Positions 33,674 to 46,030 of a stretch of DNA of 64,000 nucleotides are shown here, piece by piece. A program made the translations under genes and the position numbers. The DNA lies in NCBI RefSeq assembly GCF_009914755.1, contig NC_060935.1; one strand, given 5' to 3'. Position 1 is the first letter of the stretch; the number at the start of each line of letters is the position of its first letter. The notes beneath the pieces are model-generated. The model was not told the DNA's origin. It made no database searches and was given only the letters and a program-made list of their open reading frames with translations. The DNA is from the human T2T-CHM13v2.0 reference genome, Homo sapiens.

Positions 33674-34229
33674 AATGCTGGATGAATTTAATAATAAATC
33701 CTTTCCAGATGTAACACAGGTAATTAAATAGAAAATACAATCTTTCTCAAATAAACAGTTCTTTTTTATTCTAGAGTCCAATGTCTGATTTGATTTTTAT
33801 AAAATATCCTAAGTGACAATATAAAAATACTTTTGAGGCAGCTCAAGAATTAATTAAAATTAAACAAGCTGATTGTTTACAGATTACTAAGGATTAAGAA
33901 TTCTCACTCTTAGTGTAAAGTAAACTTTCAGCCTAGAAATACTCAAGAAATAATAAGGAGTAAAGATTAAGTGTCTTAATATGGTGCTTGTTGGGGTGTC
34001 TCTTATTGGAAACATTTTTTCCTTTGCAATAACAACTGTTATTTGCATTATATAAACATTAAAGAATTCCTGGAAATACTTTAGTCTCTTACAACATATC
34101 TTTATATGCTCTTTAATAAATTAATAATATACTTCTTAGGGATTTCAGACCTATAGACTGAAAAGTTTTATTTTGCCTTTGTGTACTGCAACTTTAAGAA
34201 TTGAAAAAAAAAAAGCAAGCAATGAGAGA

Positions 34230-34430
34230 CAGTTTGATGTGATGGGAAAACTATAAAATATGGAATCACTTATTCTAGGTTTGATTATTAACTACCATTT
34301 ACCATCTAAATAAACTTAGGCAAATCATTTAATATCTGTAAACTTCAATTCCTTCTTCTGTAAAATATAATGTATGCTCTTTGTAATAACACATTGCATT
34401 TAAATCATGAGATTATGCATTGGTAAAAAA
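34230..34430 (+). mobile_element. MIR relic
   Basis: cttaggcaaatcatttaatatctgtaaacttcaattccttcttctgtaaaat. Confidence 0.65.
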
Positions 34431-35944
34431 AATTTTGAAAACTCTATAATCTACTTAGTAGACTAAATTTGTAAAACATGAGGAAGGTTGTTGAACATTA
34501 AAGTATAATTTTGGTCCTATAGAATGTGGAATTTTGCTATTTGGAAATAAAAGCTATATTCTTCAATTTCCAAAACAAAAAACATTTTATACTATTTTTT
34601 AATATCTCTGTGTATAATCAGAAGTATATTAAACTCAACCTCATGGATATGGTTTTCCAGTATCCTAAGACTTTTTATATGTTATTGAGTAACTGAAGTA
34701 TCAATATCTAGTTTGTGTTATTAGCTCATTAAAAAAAAATTAGTTATCCCATTGTTCAGTCACAGAATCATAGAAATTGAGCTAGAAGAAACTTAGCAGT
34801 GATTAATTCATTATTCCTTCTTTTAAAATGTTAAAACCTCTCCAGAAAAATTAAAACATATTAATGTATATTCTTCGAACAAATTCATACTTATTCTAGT
34901 CTTCCTGTAATAAATACAGACCATGATAATTGTAATTATGTTTTCTCTCTCATCCTCAGACTTGCTGGTATAGTACTCTTTTCTGGTATAGTTCATTTCT
35001 ATAAATTGAAGATAAAAAAATAATGATATCCTTCAGAATGACCAAGAAACTTGAAGGCTTTTCTAATTTGAAAGACCAAACATCCCAATTAAAGACTAAG
35101 TTATCAACTACAAGACAGAAAAAAAAACTGGGTTTCTGTACTTTTGTGTTTCTATCCTTTTGTGAGTTAATTTGTTCTTTTGGAGTCTGTGGGTTATTGT
35201 TGGGAGATATTGATGTTCTATGGAGTAGATAAGAACAAGTCAACCATATGCTTTTAAAAGTAAACTTTTTTATAGCCTGTCTGAATTTGCTCTGGGGGAA
35301 AAACAAGACAAACAGCCTATGGTCCTTACTCTTAAAAGAGTGAAAGAAGACAACATTTACACAAATATGATGCTTCAGTTTCAGAATTTTGTTTTAAAAC
35401 AACTGGATTATGATATAGGGGAGGCAACAATTTAAATTGAGTTCAAGCATTAAGATTGATAATAGAAAACGCCCCTAGATAACTTAGCCCCTAGATACGA
35501 AAACAGAAAAAGGAAAAAGAAAGAAAGAAAAGGTAAATGGAGAGATGTTTTATAGGAATTGCATTGCTTATCTATATTCTAAATCTTGAAACTGGAGAAG
35601 AGATGCCTTCATTGCTAGATTCCCCAACAGAAAAACAAAGTACATGCTTATGTCACGTAAATAGGAGCACAAAACATTTGTTTGAAATAATTTGATACTT
35701 GATATGTGTGTGTTTGTGTGTGTGTGCTCCTGGGTGTATACTTGTAAACATGCCCATCTAGGCACTAGGGGGAAACCAAAACATTATTTGTCATTAAGTT
35801 TTTATATAAAGTATCATTGTCTTGCTTATATATAAAGTATCATGCTTTATATAAAGTATTATATAAAGTATCGTGCTATGTTGAATAGCATATGGTTGGG
35901 TATTATATTATTATATGGTTAGGGCTTATAAAATCTTCAGTTGC

Positions 35945-36578
35945 TATATATCAGTTATCAGTTTATTGCCACTTGGCTACACATCCATCCATTTTTGCCC
36001 TGCTTTTATGGTACTGTAGCTAGATACTGTAAACATTTCAGTTTTGCTAACTGACATAGAGTTAAGCTCTTAAAGGACCACTGAAAGTAGAATGGATTAT
36101 TCTAACTGACCCGGATCTTTTCTTACAGCTTCCTGGCTAGTGGTGCATGGGAAAATCCATAGTCCATAATCTCAGTAGGTTTTACCTGCAGCACACAACA
36201 GGTGCCTTCTCAGTGAGTTTTGCTTGCATCCTAGAAGGTAGTTTGTTTACCAGCTCATTTATGGCATCTCAGAGAAATTCTCTACTATATAGTGGACTTC
36301 AGACACAGTGTCTCCAATAAGGTAAATCTATTAGGCTTGGTGTGAGCAGAGGTTCTCTGTTTTTCCTTAGATTATCTCATTGATGATATAAGGAAATGTA
36401 GATTCTAAATTCTACATTTAGAATTCACTGCGCCCTGCATCTGTCATTCATTCCTATATTCTTTAGAGTTCTCCTTAATCCTCTTACTAAGTTAACCCCT
36501 CTTTATAATTATTTACATTAAAATTTCCCTATTCAAAATGCTGTTATCTGTCTCCTAATTGGACCCTGAACAAATATA
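35945..36578 (+). mobile_element. LTR41-like ERVL solo LTR
   Basis: tatcagttatcagtttattgcc...gccctgcttttatggtactgtagctagatactgtaaacatttc; ends tctgtctcctaattggaccctgaacaaatata. Confidence 0.75.
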
Positions 36579-36654
36579 TGCCAATGCAAAAGTCTATATC
36601 CTTTTTTTTTTTTTTTTTTAAAGAGATCTCACTTCCATTTCACATAAATTAAAA

Positions 36655-36895
36655 ACAAAGGCATGGGAATTAGATTGCCTGAGTTTGAGTTTTGATTCTG
36701 CCACTTAATTTTGAGAAAATGTTTGAGAAAATAACCTCTCTGGGCTTCTAATTCTTCAATTGCAAAATAAAAATGATAAAAATAGTACTTGCTGCATAGC
36801 GCTATTGTGAGGATTAAATAAGTTAATTCATACAAGACCCACAGAACAGTGCCAGGCACATAAGAAAAAATCAATTAATATTAGCTACATGTGTT
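36655..36895 (+). mobile_element. MIR
   Basis: ctattgtgaggattaaataagttaattcatacaag..agaacagtgccaggcacataag. Confidence 0.88.
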
Positions 36896-37004
36896 ATTAT
36901 TACTATTATTTTAAAACTCCCTTTCATAGGGTTACAGTCGCAGAAAAACACACAATTTCTTTCATAATTTTATGTTGTATATAAAAAGCAAAATGAAGAG
37001 GGTA

Positions 37005-37220
37005 ACTTAAATAATCACCTTTTGCAGGAAGCCTTTCCTCACTGTCTTCTCATCTTCCCACTTCTTTGTATCGTCCAGAACTGTCATTACAATGATGACA
37101 CTTCACTGTAAATCATTTCTTTAGATTTCTGCTTTCTAGAGCAAAATGAGAGTCAGAGGCTACTCTCACTCAAGCCTCACACCTTGTAAACACTTAGGAA
37201 ATACTTAAGGAACGAGGGCA
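37005..37220 (+). mobile_element. L2 3' fragment
   Basis: aatcaccttttgcaggaagcctttcctcac. Confidence 0.5.
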
Positions 37221-39790
37221 AGAGGGAAAAAAAAAAGTGAATTTGTCTGCATCATTCCCCTCAATTTTCAAGACACAAAACTAACCTGAAATATAAAACT
37301 GACCCTGTCACCTTTAATCAGGGAAACTATTTTATTTCCTGTGACACAAAAGTGAAAGCGGGAAGTACTAATCTAAAAGGGTCAGACATTGAGGGAGGTT
37401 AGGCAGAGATCTGTCTTGTGCTTAACAGTTAAAGATCTTCCGGTTCTGTTACTGCATGCTGACTAGAGTGAACAATATCCTCTATCCTAAATCACCACTT
37501 TTCCTCTCCCGTAATTAGTTGGTTAATGAGCTAATGTTTCCAATGGACTGTGAAATTAAAACAATGTGTTATCTACTGTGATTGCTAAATATTTTCACTG
37601 GACATCAAATGTGTTTCACCCACAATGTGATTTTCTTTTCCCTGTTTATAAAAGAATCAAAAAGACAGCATCAAAGAAGTGCAGGTGTCTGGTGGGTGAA
37701 TAAATAAACACTTCCAGCATGTGGAACAATTAAATAATCTCAAACAAAATGGGATCAGAGGCAGATGCAGACACCACAGGAATAACACTTAGGCAAAGGG
37801 AAAGGCTCCAAGGGAATCTCTGACAAGCAATCATGTCAGATTTCTTGGCTCCACAGGCCAGGCAATCATGCGTTTGTCCTTTTGGCAATTACGAGTGCTC
37901 TGGATACTCTGCATGCACATGGCAGGGAGATCCTCAGGCAATTCTGAGGGAATAATGATTAAGTTTAAACATTGCCAAGTAATCAGAACACTGAAGTAGA
38001 CTCACAAACACAGGCTCTCCCCAGCAAAACCATAGCACTCTATATTCCTTAAACAAGTGCCACAACTTTCTCTGTGTCCCATTCCCTCTACCTGGAATAT
38101 TTTTGTTTATTGCTTGTAAGATTCTATATTTTGATGTTTAAATGATATGATTTCTAAAATCTTTAAAGGTTACTTTTCATGAAGAAATATCTAATAACTC
38201 CAGCTTTGTATGAATTAAAATAGCACCTCCCTCCTTTAAAAAAAATTTCTAACAAAACAAAATTTGCTAGAAAATTAAGTGGTTTAGGGGAAACACGTAT
38301 TTTATTTCATGTAAAGGAAAGGCATCTGTAGAAATTACATGGAAGAATATAATGAGCAAATAAAACAGAAATTACAACAGTTTGGGAGAGGAACAGTTCA
38401 TATCAGGTTTGGTTGATGGAAACAATTCACATGAAGAAAATTTGAGTCTCAAAGAAAGAAAATGATTTTAATAGGCAAAAATTGCGACAGCATGCTCTGG
38501 ACAGAAGTGGACCCAGCAAGAAAGGCAGGAATAAGGAAAGTTATACTGGACTTGAGGGATTAGCAACTGAACCATTTTGATTCTTACGTAGAATAAGTGA
38601 AAGAAGTTTCTTCTAAACAAGAAGATTAAGTCAAGAAATGGAAGATAATTGAATATTAACCATTAATTTAATTTATCAATTGTTTTAGTACCACTAAGGA
38701 TGATTTGAAGAGATTTGTCTGATCCTGTGCTACCTTAGAAGCTTAAAAAAAAGTTGCATACTTTATTTGCAAAATGTATTTTAATAATGAAAGAAATGAT
38801 GAAAACAAATATTCTATGCTTATAGTTTAATATGCAATTGAACTGCGTTGTTAAATTTTGGAAAAAAAATTCTAAAATGGCTGATGAAATGCAACCATTG
38901 TGCACATGCGAAAACTAACGATAATTCAGATTTGCAAAAAGCAGACTTACATATAAAGAAATGCACAATGATTTATTTAAAAAGCTGGGGAAAACTTGCA
39001 AACAACAATGAAGTCCCTAAGAAACAAGTCGACCTGACGCAGAGTAATAACAAGACAGACATGTGTACAAACACTCCATTAAAACTTTTAGTCATATGGA
39101 AAAGCTGTTTTGTAATCTTATTTTCATTATCTTATCAAACTTTTAAACTCTATAACACAAGACATCATCTAGACCTTTGAAAGAAACAAGACTCTGGCCT
39201 ACAGGAGGGTAAATAGTTTATACCAGTTTAGTAACATGTGTTGTTTATTGTGGGAACAAAGAAAAACAAGCTACAGTTTCTAACTTATAATACAGTGCAC
39301 TTGTAGGTAACAAAAACACAAAGGTACACTTTTTGTAGTATACCATAGCCTATGGTGAACAGTGATTTGGGCATGCGTAAGGAGCCTTGAAAACACAATG
39401 TTGGAAACTTCCTCCAATTAGATTGAGGGGCAGGAAAAATTTCCTGGAGGGAATGGTTTATACACTAAATTTCAGAGTATGACTGAGAGCTATTGGGTTG
39501 CAATGGATTTGCAAAGGCATTCTAGCCTGAGAAGAGCATGGAAAGAATGCACTGAAGTGGGAAAGAGTGTGTAGTGTGTTATCACCACCAGTTTACTATT
39601 TTGCTGTACCATCTAAAGGGAAGACCCTCCCATTAATTAAGAAAGTAGACTGAAGAATGAGATAGCTCTGAATTCACATCTCAGTTCTGCTTTTTAAGAA
39701 ACATAAATTGTATTTGACATTGTTTTCTTCAATAATTCAAGGAACCTCAGGTAGTATATATTGGTGTGCATTTTTCTATCATTATTCTTC

Positions 39791-40870
39791 TTTTATTTAA
39801 ACTGTGGCAAGAACATCAGATATATCCTCTTAACAAATTTTGAAGTTCACAATACATATTGTACAATACTATAAGCACTTATGTATGGCAGATCTCTACA
39901 ACTTATTCAACTGGCAAAACTGAAACTTTATACTCTTGAATAACAACTCTCCATTTTCTCCTTTCCCCAACTCCTGACAAACACAATTCTACTGAGTCTA
40001 TAATGTTGACAATTTTAGATACCTCATGTAAGTTAGATCATGTAGTATTTGTCTTTTTGTGACTTTCTGATTTCATCTAGCATAGTAACCTCCAGGATTT
40101 TATATGTTGTACCATATGATAGAGATTCTATTCTTTTTAAGGCTGAATAATATCCCATATAGTGTATGTATGCACGTGTATGTGAGTGTGTGTGTATGTA
40201 TGTGTGTGTCTATATACACAACATTTTCTTTATTCATTCATCTCTCTGTGGACAAATGAGTTGTTTCCACAGCTTCGCTATTGTGGATAATGCTGTAATG
40301 GCATGGGAATGAGGTATCTCTTACAGATACTGATTTTATTTCCTTTGGTTACATACCCAGAAGTGGGATTGCTAGATCTCATGGTATTTCCATTTTTAAA
40401 ATGTTTGAAGAACTTCTCTTATGATTTTTTCATAATGGCTGCATCATTTTATATTCCCAAAAACAATTTACAAGAGTCCCAATTTCTCCGCATCCTCACC
40501 AGCACTTGTTATCTTTTGGTTTTTTTAAGTAATAGCCACTCTAACAAGTATGGCAGGATATCTCATTGTGGTTTTCATTTGCATTGTCCTGATAATTGGC
40601 AATATTGAGCACCTGTTGATCATTTGTGTGTCTTAACAGGCAACAAAAGCTAAAAAGGACAAGTGGGACTGCATAAAAATAAAAGGCTTCTGCACAGGAA
40701 AGGAAAAGTTAAAATGAAATGGCAACCTATGAAGTGGTAGAAAATATTTCAAACTGTATATCAGATTAGAATTTAATATTCACAACATATAAGGAACTCA
40801 CACAACTCAATAGCAAAAACCAAAGTAATCCTATTTAAAAATGGGCAAAAGACTTGAACAGGTCTTTCTC
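39791..40870 (-). mobile_element. L1MB-like element with 5' inversion (40636-40870 on plus)
   Basis: Minus-strand 3'UTR (gcagatctctacaacttattc, ggctgaataatatccc) joined to plus-strand ORF2 (acaagtgggactgcataaaa..cttctgcacag). Confidence 0.88.
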
Positions 40871-42191
40871 CAGCTCTGCTTTTTATATTTTAAATTAAAA
40901 ATCACAGAAGTGCTATCTAGAGAATGGCAATTAAGACCTCTCCCCCCATTCAAACCCCACTCTCTGTGGAGAGCCTTATAGCAAATTTTATGTCCTTGAG
41001 AAAGAACCACTGCTCGGCAAAGATGAGGATTGGGGTAAGGGCATTCACTCAGGAGAAGGCTGCAAAAAGAATGTCTACCAGGAAAGCATGCTTTCATGAA
41101 ACATTTGGAGGAACTGCATTTGAGATAGAGGTAAAAAGGAAGAGGAAGAGAGTGGTATATATTTAAAAAAAACATAATTATTCAGTAATGTTTTACTTAA
41201 GTAAATCAGTGAGAAAGTTATCACTCTAAGTATTCCCTTTGACAGAGTCATTGACTTATAATAACAGCAACCTTTTGAATAATTTTATTAAGACCATGTT
41301 GCAATGTTGTTTTGTGATGTGCAGGTTTAGACTGTGATCCAAACAAATGCAAAATCAGTCTAAGTATTTCATGACGTTATTTTGATTTTTATCTAAAATC
41401 ACATTTCCTAGATTTATTATTCATCATATTTACTAGGATTGTATAATGATTTGCTTTTGGGTGTTAAAAGCAGTCACAATTTTGTGAGTTGTTCTTTAAT
41501 TAACTTTTCTCTCATCATTAATCTTTATACAGAGGCAGAGGAGAGGGAGAGATGAATAAAAAAAGCAGATAAAAAGATGAAAATAATAAAATACCTACTG
41601 AAAGAAATATAATGTAAAATAATTACTGAGATAATTTTGCTAATATTTGTAATAATGACGCATGTGATTGAAACCCTATTCCCAGTTTGTTAATAGGTTT
41701 TTTATTTTAGTTCAAACAGTAAGGCAAAGTAACTTAGCTACTACCATTCTACATGATAGTATTACCATTCCAAAGCCTGTTGACTTTATTTTTCTTCTCC
41801 TACCACCATACAAATAAAGTACTCACGATAGGTAATTCTCTCAAAAGAAAAAAATTGAATTGCAAAGAGGATAAAAGCTTTACAAAGATGACACAGCTTA
41901 GTATAAAAATTTAATTGGCACAGAAACCCAGCTTGATAACTCCCAAGTCATTGTTAATCTTTCTCCTACCAAAATACAGATAATTAAGCTACAGTTTTCC
42001 TGATTTCCTTCCACCTTTCCTCTCTCCTTACCTCCCTCCTTACCTCCCTTTCTTTTTCCTTCTTTTTTTTGTAGTTGTTGTTCTGTATTTATCAAACAAA
42101 AAATCTGCTTAAATGTCTCTAATATTATTTTGTGTTTGTTTTTATCTTATAATTCTGCTAATTCCAATTAATCAACTTTATAAGATGCATG

Positions 42192-42249
42192 ATATATATA
42201 TATACATATATATATACACACACACACATATATACACACATATATATAC
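42192..42249. repeat. (TA)n/(CA)n compound microsatellite
   Basis: Direct reading. Confidence 0.9.
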
Positions 42250-43295
42250 TGTAGCAGGTTTGCTGTAAGCAACAAAACCTGTTTTATTAGTGACATGTGA
42301 AAAATTATTTTATTACACTTTCATTAGTATAGAGAGACATATCTCATACAGTTCACTGCACATATCCCTGGCCGAGCATTTTAGTCCCTGTACAGGTAAA
42401 GCACAAATTCAATTCAGGGATACTATTCAAATTGTGACTCTGAGATTACAACTCGCAGGTGGGGTACTCAACCTGAAACCCAAAGGACCTCTTAATAATG
42501 AGACTATTTCTCATTGTTGATGAAGAAGAGCCTTCTGGTTTATGGAGGAATGCACACTGAAGAGAGATGTATTGGTAAATATCCTCAAGCCAAAATCAAG
42601 GTTATTATAGACGATTGGCTAGGATCACTCAATCTGGCTTGGTAATTAGATATCACTTTCTGGGAAGCACATACATTGGAAAAGGTTAAGTAAGTTACAT
42701 TTTGGCTCAGGAACTCTATTATGTGATGATATCATTGTGTATTCATGTACTATGCTCTTGAAAAACTATCATAGTTTGCCCTTGGAAATACATCTATTGC
42801 TTCTTTATTGTTTACATCCTTCAGCATTCAAAAATAGCTTCTTTATTAGTTTTTTTTCTTTAATCAGTCTCTTCCACAGGGTCCTCCAATATATTCTCCA
42901 CTATTTAGCCAAACAATAAGCTGTATTGTCTTTCTATTATACATAGTGATCAAATGATTGGATTTGGAAGTTATCATGTACTTTCAAATGTTTACTCATT
43001 TGTGTAATATGTTAATTATAACACTTACCAGATAATATGTTTAAAACATTGGTCATGATTATTACTAATAAACAGTTAAAGACCAATAGTTTATATTAGT
43101 GATTGTAGTTTTCTTGTAGGAAAGGGAGCTTTCATTATTAAAACACTTTAGAAACTTATTCTATATTTAAAGCAAAGATTACAAATTTACCATTCCCCAA
43201 AGACATTTTCATATAGATAAATTGATCACATCAATATCTTTTTTTTAATTCCTGGCATATCATTTACTTTATTGCCCAGATGGTTTTGGTTATAT

Positions 43296-44000
43296 GATCT
43301 TTTTCAATTTATATATTGCTGCATAAAACACCAATCTGAAATCTAGTGGCTTAAAACAATAACAATATGTATTTTGCTCACAAATCTGCAATCTGGGCAA
43401 GTCTCAATAGAGACAGCTCAACCTGAAGGCTTGGTCACTCACATGTCTGGCCACTCATGCTGGTTGTGGACTGGGACTTTGGCTGGGACTATAAAAGAAA
43501 CACTTAAAAGTGGTTTTGTGATGTGCCTACTTGGCTTCCTAACAGCGTGGTAGCTGGATTCCTCATGAAACATCTCAGGAGGACTAGGAGTACATTTTGC
43601 CACTTTTTTTTGAACTGAACCTCAACAGTTATATAGTGTTCAATTCATTGCAGTCATAGGCCTACCATATTTAGATATAAAGAAGAGATACCTCATATAT
43701 CAGTAAAAAAGTATCAATATTACATTTTAAGAAGTGTATGGAGGATAAATGGTTGAGACCATCATTGGGAAATACAATTAGCCAGATTGCCCTCTGATCA
43801 AAACAGTTTATTTTCCTTGATCATGCAAAATGCATTCATACTTTCTCCCCAGAAAACCTCTCAAATGCTCATGTATTATATATAGCACCAGGCCCAGGCT
43901 AGAGGCCTAGGAACTTACCATCAAAATTAGGTTCAAGAATAGTTTAGTCTCTTTAGGTCTGATTCCTTCATTACAGCTCTTCAAGTTCAGTTTTCTTTCT
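43296..44000 (-). mobile_element. MLT1 (H/G-like) LTR plus adjoining MaLR internal fragment
   Basis: tagtggcttaaaacaataac..tttgctcacaaatctgcaatctgggc; LTR edge ggaaatacaattagcc at ~43785, then ccctctgatc..catgcaaaatgcattcat. Confidence 0.75.
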
Positions 44001-45529
44001 TAGAGTTGGACTTTCATCTTGGTCTTTAAAGAGCATATAATAGCTGTTAAATTTACTTTAAAATAAATTCCAATAGCCAAATGTCACATTCATGTAAATC
44101 TCATAATATTTTCTGAAATACCTATTCATTTTAGGGCATTACTACAGAATTGACTTATATTCTGAAGGAAATAAACACTCTAATATCTGGGCCACAAAAT
44201 ATATTTACACAGAACCACCTAGTGTTTTAAAGAGACTGGTTAGTGTTATTTACAGAGGATAGTCCTCTGCAGTCAATATCTGTATTTCCTATTACCAGCT
44301 GATCTCATCTATGTGGGAACTGTTACATAATATAGTAATGGAAAGGAAAAACAAGATTTAAGTGATTAACAGTGTGAAATATAATAGTGTGCGTTTTAAA
44401 CAACATTGATTTTTGCCTTTCAGATATTTATTGTCCTATGAGTTTCATACAGGTAATTTTTTTTCTTACTAACTACAGTATAATTTTCTAAAGCTCTTTT
44501 TTATTTTAAAATTTGGTCTTCCATAAAGACTAAAAAAAGGAAACTCTATTGGACATACAATTTAATTTTCACATTGATCACCTAAAGATATCTTTGCACA
44601 TATTGGTACCGGTCCTTTTTTCATTCTGAGCAAAGACCATGAGTCACAATGTAGCAATATTAGGGTGACAGCTTAAAATATCTTCAGAAATCAGAGCACA
44701 TTTGAGAGGAAAGTGGTACTAGTGGTAATTAAAATATGACAAAGGATATACATCAAAATAATTCTGGGCAGAGGACATATGTTTTCCAAGATAGCAGATT
44801 AGAGATTTTTAGCATGCCTCAGTTGTTGGAAATAGCAAGATAGTACAAAAAGATAAACTCTATGAGCTTTAATTCAAGAAAGAAAATGTGAATCCACTGG
44901 AGTCATGAAGGATACCCCAGATCCCAGAAAGAAGAGCATGGAAAAATTGCCCCTATGATGGCATGTGGCTGATAAGAGTGAGTGAAGAGCCAGTACATGA
45001 GAGAGGCAGAGAGCCCCCTCCTGTGACTCACTTTTCCATGGAGATCCGAGCACCCTAGGCCAAGGAAGAGCACTTTGTTTCTCCCAAGCCCTGGAGCTAA
45101 CTCGGGCAGAGGCTTGGAGAGACTGAGATGGAAAGATACCAGGAAATGCTGCAGGCATTTTCTCAGACCCAGGACTGAGGCCAGGATGCCATTTTTAATT
45201 CAAGTGTATACAAAATCAGTCATTCTTAGTGTGGCGACCTGGCAGTGTGATCATACATTTCTGTCTTGGGGCAAAGACTGGGGCACTTGATTTAGATCAG
45301 GGCTGGGGCCTCTATAACCAGAACTGTAGAAAGTACTTCAGCAGTAGACACTGGAATTATGCTCTCCCTTGTCACAGGACTTGGGTGAGAGGAAAGCTAT
45401 TAAGGCTGCAGTTTCTCCTGGGTGATGAGATTTGCAGCCAGAGACAGTTTGGTGTCCAGGAACAGGTCTGTGTGTGTCATTGCTATAGGCTCCAGCCTGC
45501 TCCCCTCAGGTCACAGTGCAACAGAGACC

Positions 45530-46030
45530 TCTCCACTCCACCCTCAGGCAGCACCCCAGGCATTCAGAGCACACGTGTCTGAACCAGAAGCTTGAAGAGC
45601 CCTACTTTTCTTGTGCAGAAAGTGTGGTATAGTGAGATCCCCTACACTTCATACCCAGGAAGATCTATAGGCATTCAAAACACATGCTCACCCAGATTGG
45701 CAGCCTGAGCCAATCTACACTTCTTGGGCAAAGATCCTGGTTCAGAAGTTCTCTCTCTGCTCCATGCTTAGGCATATCTCCAGGCTTTTGGAGTACTCAC
45801 TTGCCCAGATCAGCAGCCTGAGCTGTCACACCCTCCCTGTGCAGAAATCCAGGTGCAGTGGGACTCTCTGTTCCATGCCCAACCAGATTTCCAAGCATTC
45901 AGACATCTGCTTACACAGATCAGCAGACCTAAGTCACCCATTCTTCCTATGCAGAGATTGTGGTGCAAGCAGACCTTCTCAGCTCCAAGCACAGGCAGAT
46001 CTCCAAGCATCTGGAGCACCTACTCTCTGG
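45530..46030 (+). repeat. ~112 bp tandem array (about 4.5 units) in the L1 5'UTR
   Basis: The anchor motif (aggcattc-like) recurs at 45558, 45669, 45782, 45893 and 46005, with conserved cagatc(a/t)gcagcctgag. Confidence 0.85.

Noticed and set aside
35802-35876. Four copies of tatataaagtat
   Set aside because: Low-complexity slippage; TATA-like but no promoter context
38848-39180. 110-aa ORF in apparently unique sequence
   Set aside because: Non-ATG start, no recognisable domain or splice context
45530-46030. Regularly spaced repeats as a CRISPR-like array
   Set aside because: Whole units are homologous (no unique spacers), eukaryotic L1 context, no cas genes
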